Source: Lama glama (Eukaryota). Taken from it: a stretch of DNA of 64,000 nucleotides. Under the pieces are notes generated by a model. It ran no database searches and was not told the DNA's origin. It saw only the letters and a list, made by a program, of their open reading frames with translations. The position numbers and the translations under genes are program-made. The DNA lies in NCBI GenBank assembly GCA_028534125.1, contig CM052817.1, positions 92,258,001-92,322,000 of the forward strand, written 5' to 3'. Below are positions 27,564 to 38,375 of the stretch, piece after piece (positions within the stretch are counted from its first letter, which is position 1; the number at the start of each line of letters is the position of its first letter).

Positions 27564-29057
27564 TTTTTAAAAATTATATTGAGGTGAAATTCAAAAAGCA
27601 TGCAATTAACCATTATAAAGTATATAAGTCAGTGGCATTTAGTGCATTCCCAATGTGGTCAACCACCACCTCTCTCCAGTTTCAAACTTCATCACCCCAG
27701 AAAAATATAATCATTCCACATTCCCTCCTTCCCTGTTCCCTGTTTTATGTCACTAAGAAGTTGCCTATTTGGAATATATCATATGCAAGGGATCATAAAA
27801 TATGTGACTTTTTGTATCTAGCTTCTTTTACTTAACATAATGTTTTCAAGGTTCATCTAAGTTGTCGCATGTGTCATTACTTTGTTCCTGTTTATTAAAT
27901 AAAATCTCATTGTATGTATATATCACAATGTATTTATCCATTTATCCATTGATGGGTATTTGGGTTGTTTCTACCCTTTGACTTCTATGAATAATGTTGC
28001 TATAAACATTCATACACAAGTTTCTGTGTGGACATTTCATTTCTCTTGGGTAAATAACTAGGAGTGGAATTGCTGGGTCACTCTATGTTTAACTTTTTAA
28101 GAAACTGCCAAAATGGTTTCCACAGTGTCTGCACCATTGTACATTTCCACTAGCAACGTACAAAGGTACTTATTTCTCCATATCCTTGCGAATACTTATT
28201 TGCCATTTTTGTTGTTGTTTTTATTAAAGCCATCCTAATAGGTGTGAAGTGGTATCTCATTGTGGTTTTGATTTGCATTTTCTAATGGTCAGTGATACTG
28301 AATATCTTTCACTTGCATATTGGCCATCTGTATATCTTCTTTGGAGAAATGTCTGTTCATCTTCTTTGCTCGTTTTTAAAATTGGGTTGTTCATCTCTTT
28401 GTGCTGAGTTGTTAAGAGTTCTTTATATATTCTGGATATTAAACTCTTATCAGCTATGTGATTTGCAAATATTTTCTTCCATTCTGTATACTGCCTTTTC
28501 ACAGTTTGATAATGTCTTTTGACATTATCAAAACACACAAATGGTTTTAATTTTTATGAAATTCAATTTATCTATTTATTCATTTGTTGCTCACATTTTT
28601 GGTGTCAAATCTAAGAATTCACTGCCAAATTTATGGAATCCTCAAATTCATATGGAAGAGCAAGGGACCCTGAATAGTCAAAACATTATTTAAAGAAGAA
28701 AAAGTTGGAGTACTCACCCTTTATGATTACAAAGCTTACCACAAAGCTACAGTAATCAAAACAGTGTGGTACTGACATACATACCAATGGAACAGAACCA
28801 TGATTCCAGAAATAAACAAAAACATCTATGGCTAATTGATTTTTGACAAGGATGTCAATACCATTCAATGGGAGACAGAATATTCTCTTCAAAAAATGGC
28901 ATTGGGACGACTGGATATCCAAACACAAAAGAATGAAACTGCACCCCTACCTCACTCCATATACAAAAATTAACTCAAAATGGATCAGCAACCCAAATTT
29001 AAGAGCTAAAACAATAGAACTAGTAGAAGAAAACACAGGAGTAAGTATTTGCCATAG
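27564..29057 (-). mobile_element. Old L1 with 5' inversion (minus ~27564-28630, plus ~28632-29057)
   Basis: Minus-strand 3' UTR and ORF2 C-terminus (EWKKIFANHIADK) join a plus-strand ORF2 piece (WDDWISKHKRMKLHPYLTPYTKINSKWI). Confidence 0.85.
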
Positions 29058-29369
29058 ATAATTTAAATCCACAGATAATTCTACACTCCAATTAAAAGAA
29101 CATCTTCTCCATCATAACTTTGCCCAAAGACTACAGGAATGGTAGCAAGGATGACTGACTTGAGTTTAATCTCTTTTCATCCTCTTGTCCATTAGGGTAG
29201 ATATTTCATGAGAAAAGTCCTTGTAGGTAATTAGAAAGAAGGAAAAAAAAAATCAAATGCCTAGGCTAATCCTAATGAAAATTGGCCATGAGTAACAAAA
29301 ATAAAACCAAAATACACAATTTGAACCAAATGCACCCTTTGATTTCTAAACTCTTTGCCAGGGACAGGG

Positions 29370-29565
29370 TATGCAGTGGTTAAGAGCACAGACCCTGGAT
29401 CCAGAGGGCCTGGATTCCAATCCCAGACTAACTTCACTGCCTGTCTTCTATTTAATCTCTCTCCATGCCTCAGCTCCCTCATCTTTAAAATGAGAATAAT
29501 ATTAGTGCTTATTTCATGGCATTGTTTCCTAGCACATAGTAAGTACTTAAGTGTGTGCCATTATT
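29370..29565 (+). mobile_element. MIR SINE
   Basis: Motifs gtggttaagagcacagac and cctcagctccctcatctttaaaatg. Confidence 0.75.
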
Positions 29566-29649
29566 TCTAGAACTGATAGATGATGGATCAGGCAAGAGAG
29601 ATGTTTCTATGCTTTCATGATTATACAGAAAGTTGCTAAAATGAGCAGC

Positions 29650-30052
29650 TTCTATGGTGGCCATGAACATGTGCCTGGTAGACCTCCAACTTTGGTGTAA
29701 CTAAGGGCCCAGAGGCTGTGCTTTGAAATCCATGACCACATTGCATAAAGGTCTCACTTCCTACCAGCTGCTCCAGCCAGTAATTAAGTACTGCAGGAAT
29801 GCTAAGGAAGGCCATTCCTGAGAGGCACAGGACACCTCTTACGGTTAATTTTGGCTCAAGTACTCTTTGACAACCTTGTTGAAATTTAGTCTGAAAGGCA
29901 AGCTGGACTTTCCATCCTGCTTTGTCTTCACTCTGGGACAGTCTTGCATTATGGTTTGATGGCTCTCCTAAACTTTCCTGGTTCCCTCTCTGTATTCTTT
30001 CACCCTTTTAATCCCACCTTAGTGCCTGATACTTAGAAGACTTGAACTAATA
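29650..30052 (+). mobile_element. ERVL solo LTR (LTR16-like)
   Basis: Motifs gctaaggaaggccattcctgagaggcacagg and terminal gaagacttgaactaata. Confidence 0.6.
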
Positions 30053-30054
30053 TA

Positions 30055-30450
30055 GTCTGGCATTCAAAGCTCTCTTACATACGACCTTAACCCACATGCC
30101 ATCTTATCTCCTATCTCTTAGCTTCGTGTATCTTTCCCTCTTGGTTTCCTAAAGTACCTAATGCTTCCCATTTCTGAGCCTTGGCCCATGCCCCCTCACT
30201 GAGAAAGCACTTACCTCCTGGCCACTTTTCCCTATTGGATGCCACTTGTCATTGATCATGTATCTCAAATGTCACCTTCTCTAAGCCTTTCAAGATCTGC
30301 CAACCAGTTATACTCTATACCCTTACCTAAACTGCAAGGACTCTAGCCTTTGAGCTTTTTATAAGCTTATTAACAGCAATAACTATCTCCTGCTTTGAAC
30401 CCTCCAAAGTCTCCAGCTTGTACAGAATAGGCACTCAATATTTGTAGAAT
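30055..30450 (+). mobile_element. LINE-2 fragment
   Basis: Motifs ctcaaatgtcaccttctc and taggcactcaatatttg. Confidence 0.5.
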
Positions 30451-31525
30451 ATAATTGGAAAATTAGGGGGAATTCTTCCCTAGGATTTAATTGTTAACAC
30501 TCAGGATTTCCAACAGCTTACATCCATTTTGCTTGATATGGCAGCAATGAACTCAGATGAATAAAAAGAAATCCTATGTATCAAGTACTTAGGGTAGAAT
30601 GTAGCATGTAGTAACTCAATTTTAATATCTGCTTAAAATTCTTCACCAATTTGGCTGATTCCCACCCCCTCCAAAGGAAAGATGATGTGAAATTCTAAAA
30701 TAGTTTTGGGTTTGTCTGTGTATATAAATGGGGACTAGGGGATCAAGAAAAATAGTTGTAAAAGAATGCTTCCTCCTCTAACAAAGGGGCCTTGGCCTAA
30801 GGGCTGGCAAAGGCAACTTCCCTTCCCTTTAGCTCCTCCAGAAATAAAAAGGGAGATCCTGGCATTTTAACGAGCTTCCATGTTGTGAGGTATATAAACA
30901 GTAATATGAGAAGGCACCGATGAGCTCAGTATCTAGAGAATCTTACTTTCTCACATATGTGTGATTGTCTGTGGTCATTACTGTAACTGACATTTATTAA
31001 GTGCATGTTATTCATGTTTAATCCTTTCTAAAGACTTATCCTGATACAGGACAGGAAACAGGCTCGGTGACCAAGTCATGCTGCTAGGTCACTGACCCAA
31101 ATCCCAAAGAAGTTTATTGTAGGCATCCAAAAGATATGTTGATCATATAAAATTCAGTTTCTACCCCCAACCTTATCCAGGGCTTTTGGAGCAATGTTCT
31201 TGGGCAATTCAGCCCAAGGAAACTGACACTGGAAAGAAGGCAAGGTTTGGCATCTAGCCAGAGTACAGCAGCAGTGCAACTCAGCAGCTTCAGGTAAAGG
31301 GTTGTAACTCTTTAACTTAGATCTCTAACCATTTCCGGCGAGGAACACAACATTCAGTAAGAACTCCTCAGGTGGAAAGCAGGAAGAGGGTGGCTAGTGC
31401 AAGGATCAGATAGCACCTGCGTGGACGCTCATTTATTAATGATTTATCAAGAGCAATCACATGAGAGGACTGCCGTTTCTCCCTGCCCTCATTTTTCTCA
31501 CTAACAGACCTGAAAAGTGAACAAG

Positions 31526-31595
31526 ATGGATGGGTCCAGCAAACAGGAAGAGGAGGATAGTACTTTCACCAACATTTCTCTTGCAGACGACCCAG
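31526..31595 (+). CDS. SCOC: SCOC alternative first coding exon (23 codons + 1 nt) encoding the LIR-motif N-terminus MDGSSKQEEEDSTFTNISLADDP; the exon spans 31508-31595
   Basis: Manual translation closely matches the recalled human SCOC isoform N-terminus MDGSRKEEEEDSTFTNISLADDI. The acceptor is tttttctcactaacag|31508, the start context is AAGATGG (strong Kozak), and the donor is CAG|gtaagg at 31595/31596. The exon ends in phase 1, as needed to form D-H with the next SCOC exon. Confidence 0.93.
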
Positions 31596-32206
31596 GTAAG
31601 GAAGAAGCTGATGCATTCTGAAACCTAAAATTCAGCAACTGCTCAGCAGTTGTTTAAAAAATATAATTTTTATTGTTTTTATTACATGGTAAATCATACT
31701 CATTGTAGAAAACTTGAAAAAATATAACTACAAAAATAAAACAAAAAGTTTTAATTTAAGAGCTATTTTCTTTTTCCTTTAAAATTGAGTGATTATTGTA
31801 AAACTTTCTCTACTTTTTAAAATAAGTCGACAAATAGAAAATGTTTACTTACAAAAGCTCTGGAAACATGACGTTAAAGTTGCTAAAACAACCTATGCTA
31901 TTATTACCATAATTTGTTCAACTACAGTCCATTCTTTTCCTATTTTGTGAAATAATTTGGTCATTTCTGAAAAATGAACAAGAATATGCTGCAATTTGCT
32001 TTTAAAATTATGTCAGAAAACGTCTGGTTTCTAAGCAAGGACCAAGTTTGCTGAATTCAACATGAGAGAAGGAAAAAAAGGGAGAGTAGTGGTTCTAAAA
32101 TGCTTATGGTAGGGTAACATGGCTCATTCAACATCCCAGAGAAAACAGACAATGCTGAGTTGCATGTTAACTGGAAACACTTCAAACCTATAAGCACCCA
32201 CATCTC

Positions 32207-32236
32207 GTGTGTGCGTGTGCGTGTGCGTGTGTGTGC
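32207..32236. repeat. (TGTGCG)n/(TG)n microsatellite
   Basis: gtgtgtgcgtgtgcgtgtgcgtgtgtgtgc. Confidence 0.9.
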
Positions 32237-33439
32237 ATGTGTTGGCAGCAGTGTTTTGCATCCAAGTTCCCTTAGCACAATCATACATAGTAAGAAGCCA
32301 GCAAGACTGCAGCTAAGCAACGGGGGTTACTGATTTTGATTAACAGAGAGCAGAGCATGAATATTTAACATCAATTGCTCTTTCATACAGCCACGCTTCT
32401 TCACTTTCTCCCTAAATGCTCAGATTCAAAAAGCCTGTTTCTAAACTGTGGCCAGACAATTAACACCAACTGCCAGCCCGTCCGGGCTAAGCCTCCCCTC
32501 CTGGCACCGCATAAACATGCTTCAGGGGCTTTGAAAAACAAAGAGGAGCATTTTCAGGCTCTCTGACAGGAGGAAAGGTACAAAGTACTGAGGCTGTTGA
32601 AGAAGTGGGATACCGCTGGTCTTAACATGCTCTCACCAGGGTGTTACAGAAAAACGACAGAGCTGCAGTCAGCAGCGAAAGAAACAAAGACCAAGGGAAA
32701 CCTGCTACTTAGCTTCTAGGAGTTAGGAGTGCTGAACGTGGGCGTGGGGAACCTTAGATGCTGTGGGCGGATGCAGTTCAGACAGGGTGCTTGCTTGCTC
32801 CAAAGTCGCCCCCGCCCAGGATTCTTTCTCCGTCTAAACGTGGGCTGGGCCTGAAAGCCTGAGGCTGGGCAAGAGCCTTTCTGTAACTACTCTCTCTCAC
32901 TTCCAGCCCTGGGGACTGCCTCAGCTCTGCCCTCCACGTCTCATCCTCAGCCACCCTCACATTTCCAGGGCAGACAAAAGCAGAGGAGGGCGGGGATTTG
33001 AATTCAGGTGTCCAATCCACTGTTGGCAATAGTTTTGAAAGGGACTCTGTCAAAGTTGCTTGCTTACAATAAACTGGGATGCAGTAAAGCGGGTTGGTGG
33101 TGAGACATGGCAGCCCAGCGAGGGCTCCGATGGTTCCTTGCTCTCACTCAAGACTTCCTCATCCTTGGTTGGCCGAATCACATAATCTTAGGGCACAGGG
33201 GCCTTATGGGATGGCCCAACATGAGAACAAGGTGGGCTGAGGCACTAGCACTAATTCGTGCTGTTTCAGTATTCCAAGATGGCAAATGGAAATTCACGTT
33301 CTGGTAACAGAAAAGAACTGACACCCCATTTGGGGGGGGGGTGTTGTAGACAACTGTATCAATTTGATGTGATAGTACTGGTTTCCTGTTGTTAATCAGA
33401 GGTTCTTGGTCTTTGATTAATAAAAATAGGAAGACAAAG

Positions 33440-33890
33440 TATTATAAAATAAATACAGCTTGTTCATAATTTCACATTAGATGGAGCTGCACTTCTTTCA
33501 ATGGCATCTCTTTCCAGGCTGGGTTTCCTGTGGTTAGTGTGATAAAAAGCAAGTTCTGTGTATAAATCAACGTAGAACAGGTAGTAAGGGTGTCAGTTTG
33601 AGAAGACTGAGGAAGTTGTGAAATGCCCAAGAGGCACACACATCCCATGAAGTAAGTGAGTGGGTTTATTTCAGAATGAATTAAAAAGAGACGGAAATTT
33701 CTTTCAGCTTAGGTGAAATAGTTTTTTCAAATGGTTACTAAGTTTTAAGGATACAAATACTTATTAAGATGTCTGAACTTGAATACTTAATTCTTAGAGC
33801 TGTTTGGTATTTCTCTTGGCCTTGGAACACTGTGAAAAAATTACTTAAAATGAAGGGCACTGTGAACTAAGGTAGTTTGGGAATCTCTGG
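33440..33890. mobile_element. hAT-Charlie DNA transposon remnant (Charlie1-like end)
   Basis: Terminal gtttgggaatctctg and Charlie-like internal sequence. Confidence 0.55.
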
Positions 33891-34366
33891 TCTAAGCTGT
33901 CCTGTGGCTGCCCTGGCCTTGCTTCTGGGTGAGACACACAGTGCAGGACAGACATCTGATAGTATTGATCTGTCTTTCCTTCCTGTGTTTCTGATCCCCT
34001 GGCTCTGTGCTGCCACACTTCTCAGGTTCTCCTTTGACCTCTCCTCGTCATTTGCAGGCTCCTTTGGGAACCCCTTCTCTCAAGAGTTTCCCCAAGATTC
34101 TGCCCTTGGCCTGCTTTTCTCCTCTCTCTGGACACACGCTCCAGATGCTCTCATCCACTCCTCTTTAGTTCCATTCCCACCACCTATACTATATTCCAGT
34201 GACTCTAAAACAGAGCTTGTAAATTCAAACACCTTTAGGGCCAAGCCATGCACTTGTGGGAAAGAGGCAACGGTCTATGAATGTTTATTTCATTCAGTTT
34301 CCCAAACAAACTATTGACATTTCAATTCTTTTTTCAGTTTCCTAGGTCCTTCATCATGTATCTTTT

Positions 34367-36205
34367 TTTTCAGTTTTTAAAAATTGTATACTAATGCAGT
34401 AAGAGCACTTAAAATGCGATCTACCTTCTTAACAGATTTTTAAGTAAACAATACAGTAATTTTTTTAGGCTTTTTTGGGGGGAGGAGAGTTAATTAGATT
34501 TGTTTATTTATGTATTTATGTATGCATTTATTTATTTATTTATTTAATGGAGGTACTGGGGATTGAACCCAGGATACAGTACAGTATAATATAGTACAGT
34601 ATAATACAGTATTGTTAACCACAGGCACAATGTTGTACACCAGATCTCTAGAACTTCATCATCTTACATTCCTGAAATTTTATAGCCATTGATTAGCAAC
34701 TGCTACCAGCCCCTGCAGTCATCATTTGTTCTTTGCTTCTATGAGTCTATTTTAGAGACCTCATATAAGTTGCAATCCACAATGTTTGTCCTTCTATGAC
34801 TGGCTTATTTTACTTAGTATAAGGTCCACAGGCTCATCCATGTTGTGGCATATTTCAGAACTTCATTTTCAAGGCTGAATAATATTCCATTGCATGTATA
34901 TACTACATTTTTGTTCATCTGTTCATTCGTTGATGGACGTTTAGGTTGTTTCTATATCTTAGCTATTGTGAATAGTGTAGTAGTGGATATGAGAGTGCTA
35001 ATATTTCTTTGAGATCCTGATTTCAATTCTTTTGGATAAGTATCCAGAAGTAGAATTGTTGATCATGTGGTAGTTCCATTTATAACTTTTTGAGGAACTT
35101 CCATACTGTTTTCCATAGTGACTGTACCATTTTACATTCCCACCAGTAGTGTAAAAGGGTTGTATTTTCTCCATATCTTCGTCAACACTTGTTGTCTTTT
35201 TTTTTTTGATAGCCATCCTAAGAGGTGTTAGGTGATATCTCATTATGATTTTGATTTGCATTTCCCTGATGATTAGTCACAGTGAGCATCTTTTCACTTA
35301 CCTGTTGGCCATTTGTATGTCTTCTTTGATGAAATATCTATTGAAGTCTTTTGCCCATTCTTAATTGGGTTATTAATGGTTTTTGGTTATTGAGGTGCCC
35401 CTTATATATTCTGGAAATTAACCTCGTATCAGATATATCATTTACAAATATTTTCTCCCATTCTGTAGTTTGCCATTATACCATTTTGATTGTTTCCTGT
35501 GCAAAAGTGTTTTTGTCTGATGTAGTCTTCCTTGTCTGTTTTTGCTTTTGTTGCCTGTGCTTTTGATGTCATATCTGTGAAATTATTGCCAAGACCAATG
35601 TCACAAAGCTTTTCCTCTATATTTTCTTCTAGGACTTTTATAGCTTCTGGTCTTACATTTAAGTCTTTAATCCATTTTGAGTTGATTTTTGTGTATGGTG
35701 TAAGATAAAGATCCAATTTCATTCTTTTGTATGTGGATAGTTTTCCCAACATCATTAATTAATCTTTTCCCAATTGTGTATGCTTGGCACCCTGTTGAAG
35801 ATCAGTTGACCTATATGTATAGATTTATTTCTGGGCTCTATATTCTGTTTCAGTAGTCTATAAGTCTTTGTGTCAGCATCACACTGTTTTAATTACTATG
35901 GCTTTGTAATATATTTTAATTAAACTGAAATCAAGAAATGTGATCCCTCTAGCTTTGTTCTTTTTTTTTTTTTCTCTCAAGATATTTTGGACGATTTGGG
36001 GGTATTCTATGGTTTCATATGAATTTTAGAATTGTTTTTTCTATTTCTGTAAAAAATTGAGATCCCAGTGGGATTTCAGTTGGAACTGCACTGAATGTGT
36101 AGATTGCTTTGGGTAGGATGGAAATTTTAAGAATATTAAACTTGTGCCCTGAAAATTACAAAACACTGATGAAAGAAATTAAAGAAGATACAAATAAATG
36201 GTGAA
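34367..36205 (-). mobile_element. L1 (late L1MA/L1MB-like) with a short 5' inversion and 16-bp TSD
   Basis: Minus ORF2 remnants (MQIKIIMRYHLTP; KLDLYLTPYTKINSKWIKDLNV) and an inverted piece at ~36140-36203. The TSD is TCATCATGTATCTTTT at 34351-34366 and 36206-36221. Confidence 0.9.
34459..34573 (-). mobile_element. 5'-truncated Vic-1-type SINE inserted in an L1 3' UTR
   Basis: The reverse complement matches the B box and tail of the 16010 SINE (ggaggtactggggattgaacccagg). ATACAGTA flanks both sides (34451-34458 and 34574-34581). Confidence 0.8.
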
Positions 36206-38019
36206 TCATCATGTATCTTTTAAATATAGCAGATATTACTCTTCACAATGGTGCCTCAGGTTTCATTCTTTCAGTAGGGACAAGCTTTGTTTGCACATCG
36301 AATATATGGAAACATTCTTCATTTCTTACCACCATTTTCCTTGAAACACACAGTCCTCTTGGACTGGATTTCATTTTCTACTTTTGATTAAGATAAGAGA
36401 ACAATAAAAGTTTACTCTTCTCTTAACTCTACTGTGAGAAGGGTGCCAGAGCAATGGTGATGAGGAAATGGCAACCCAAGTGGAGCCTCTGGGCCTGGGG
36501 TCTGGCCAGGTGAGGACTGGGGCCCCTGGAGAGCAGGGGTCCTGCTCAGACAGCCAAGCTGCTTCCCCTTCTAGCTGACTGTTGTCATGGAAGAAGAGAA
36601 ATGCAAATAAGCAGCATTCTCAAGCAACACCAAAAATATCAAATTTTTTTTGGTGCAGCTTCCTGATTCTTCCATGTTTTCCACCTAATCCTAATTTTAA
36701 AAATGACATCATGGAAGCCAAACAAAACACATGTGCAGGACAGGTGTAACTGCAGAAGAAACTGCTTTCAGATTTCTGTTCTCAAATCTTTATCATTTGT
36801 CTTTATATGAGTTTCTGATTCATAATCCTACTGCTTGCTAGACACCTAGGTATGGGGTCAGATGAACTCATCTTACCCCATGCCCACCCCCTAATCTGCT
36901 CCCACTTCTGACTCATAATTTTAATGAATGATCCTATCAACCATCCAGGTCCTTAAGCTAGAAATTCACATCATTGTCCTATTCTCATTTCTCACAACCC
37001 AATCAATCACAGATTCCTGTTGACTTGACCTTGAAAATGTTTCTCAGATCAATCTGGCTTTCTCCATCCCTGCCACCACTTCCCTGATCAAGTTCTCACT
37101 ATCTCCCACATAAACCACAGCATCAACCTCTCAACTGTTCTTCCTCTTTCAGTTCTTCTCCCTTCAAATCTCTCCTCCACACTGACCATGTCACATCCTT
37201 TCCCTGCAGAGAATAATCAGAGCCTTGCATCCCCTGCTGGATGAAGTCCCAGACACTAATGTGGCATTTAAAGTCTCCCTCTTCCTGGCTCTGTCTGTCT
37301 CTTTAGCGTCCTTTCCTGCCACACAGTTTGGCCTCAGTAAGAAATACTTAATATTCTACCCACATGCTGTCTATTTCATGCCTTTAGACTTTGTTCATGC
37401 TGCTCTTTGCCTGGAATAACACCACTCACCTTTTCTTGCCTGGCTAATTCCTGTTCATCCTTAAAGAACCCATTCAGGCATCACCTCCTCTAGGAAGCAT
37501 CTCTTGACCTTCCCAAGCTGAGTTAGGTTTCCTTTCTCCTTCCTGAGAATTCCAAACTTACCTCTATCTATATTTTTTTCACAGCATGTTACACTTGTAT
37601 ATGGGTACCCCCCTCAACCCCACCTAAGAAGACTGTGAGCTGCGAGAAGATGCAACCTGGGTTTTAAAATGTCTGCACTCTGACACCTAGCCAAATGTCT
37701 GGCAACTAACAGACACTAAAACCATTTTCCCCAAAGAATTCTGATTGAGTCTGTGTGTATATTGGGATGAGGGCCAGTTAGATAGGCTGGCCCCTAGCTG
37801 AGAATCAACTTTGGGGTCAGCTTTCCTAAGTTATTTCTAGTTTGTAGAGTTTCTTTCCCATATCCACTCCTGGGTCAGTCAGTTCTGATTTCAGAAAACA
37901 TTTATTGAGTTATCATAATATTATATATATTATTATTATAAGTTAACATTTATTGAGTTATTATACTATCACATGCCAGGTAGTAGACAGGACCTGGCTA
38001 TTTGGAGAACTGGCTCAGG

Positions 38020-38230
38020 GTAGTGAGGTAGAAAGGGCTTCGAGTCAGAAATGCTTGGATTTGAATCTGTTAGACTTTGAGTAAGTTATTTAATATCCTT
38101 GAGCCTCAGTTTCCTCAGCTGCAAAACCATCATAAGAATATGTCTCAGAATTGTCTTGAGATTAAATGAAATAATAAAGGCATCTTCTTGAACCAGCCTG
38201 GCCTACAGTGAATATTCAGTACGTTTTAGT
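38020..38230 (+). mobile_element. MIR SINE
   Basis: Core gagcctcagtttcctcagctgcaaaa. Confidence 0.7.
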
Positions 38231-38299
38231 TCCTCTTCTACCCACTTCATGGAGATCACACAAAAGTTTCCTAAAAGGCTCCAAGATTTGGCCACATCA

Positions 38300-38375
38300 G
38301 TTGTCATGGTAACGGCAGTGTCCTGTGGATGCCTCTCTGTAAGCTGGGAGGGACTCTTGACGTCCTCCTGATAAA
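38300..38375. promoter_or_regulatory. RFX X-box with nearby CRE-like and GATA motifs
   Basis: GTTGTCATGGTAAC at 38300-38313, TGACGTC at 38358-38364 and TGATAA at ~38369. Confidence 0.4.

Larger units (their letters stand above)
34211..36778. mobile_element. hAT-Charlie (MER102-like) element split by the L1 insertion
   Basis: Termini cagagcttgtaaattcaaa... and ...gccaaacaaaacacatgtgcagg...tttctg. A degenerate 8-bp TSD is CTCTAAAA / TTCTCAAA. Confidence 0.55.
33950..37720 (+). mobile_element. LINE-2 fragment (33950-34205 continuing at ~36785-37720), split by nested hAT, L1 and SINE insertions
   Basis: L2-like sequence resumes in register on either side of the inserted block (gtgactct.../ctcaaatctttatc). 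Confidence 0.6.

Noticed and set aside
31587..31595. 9-nt microexon (tttctcttgcag|ACGACCCAG|gtaagg)
   Set aside because: The apparent acceptor is explained by the I-S-L-A codons of the larger SCOC exon. Cryptic use cannot be excluded but is unsupported.
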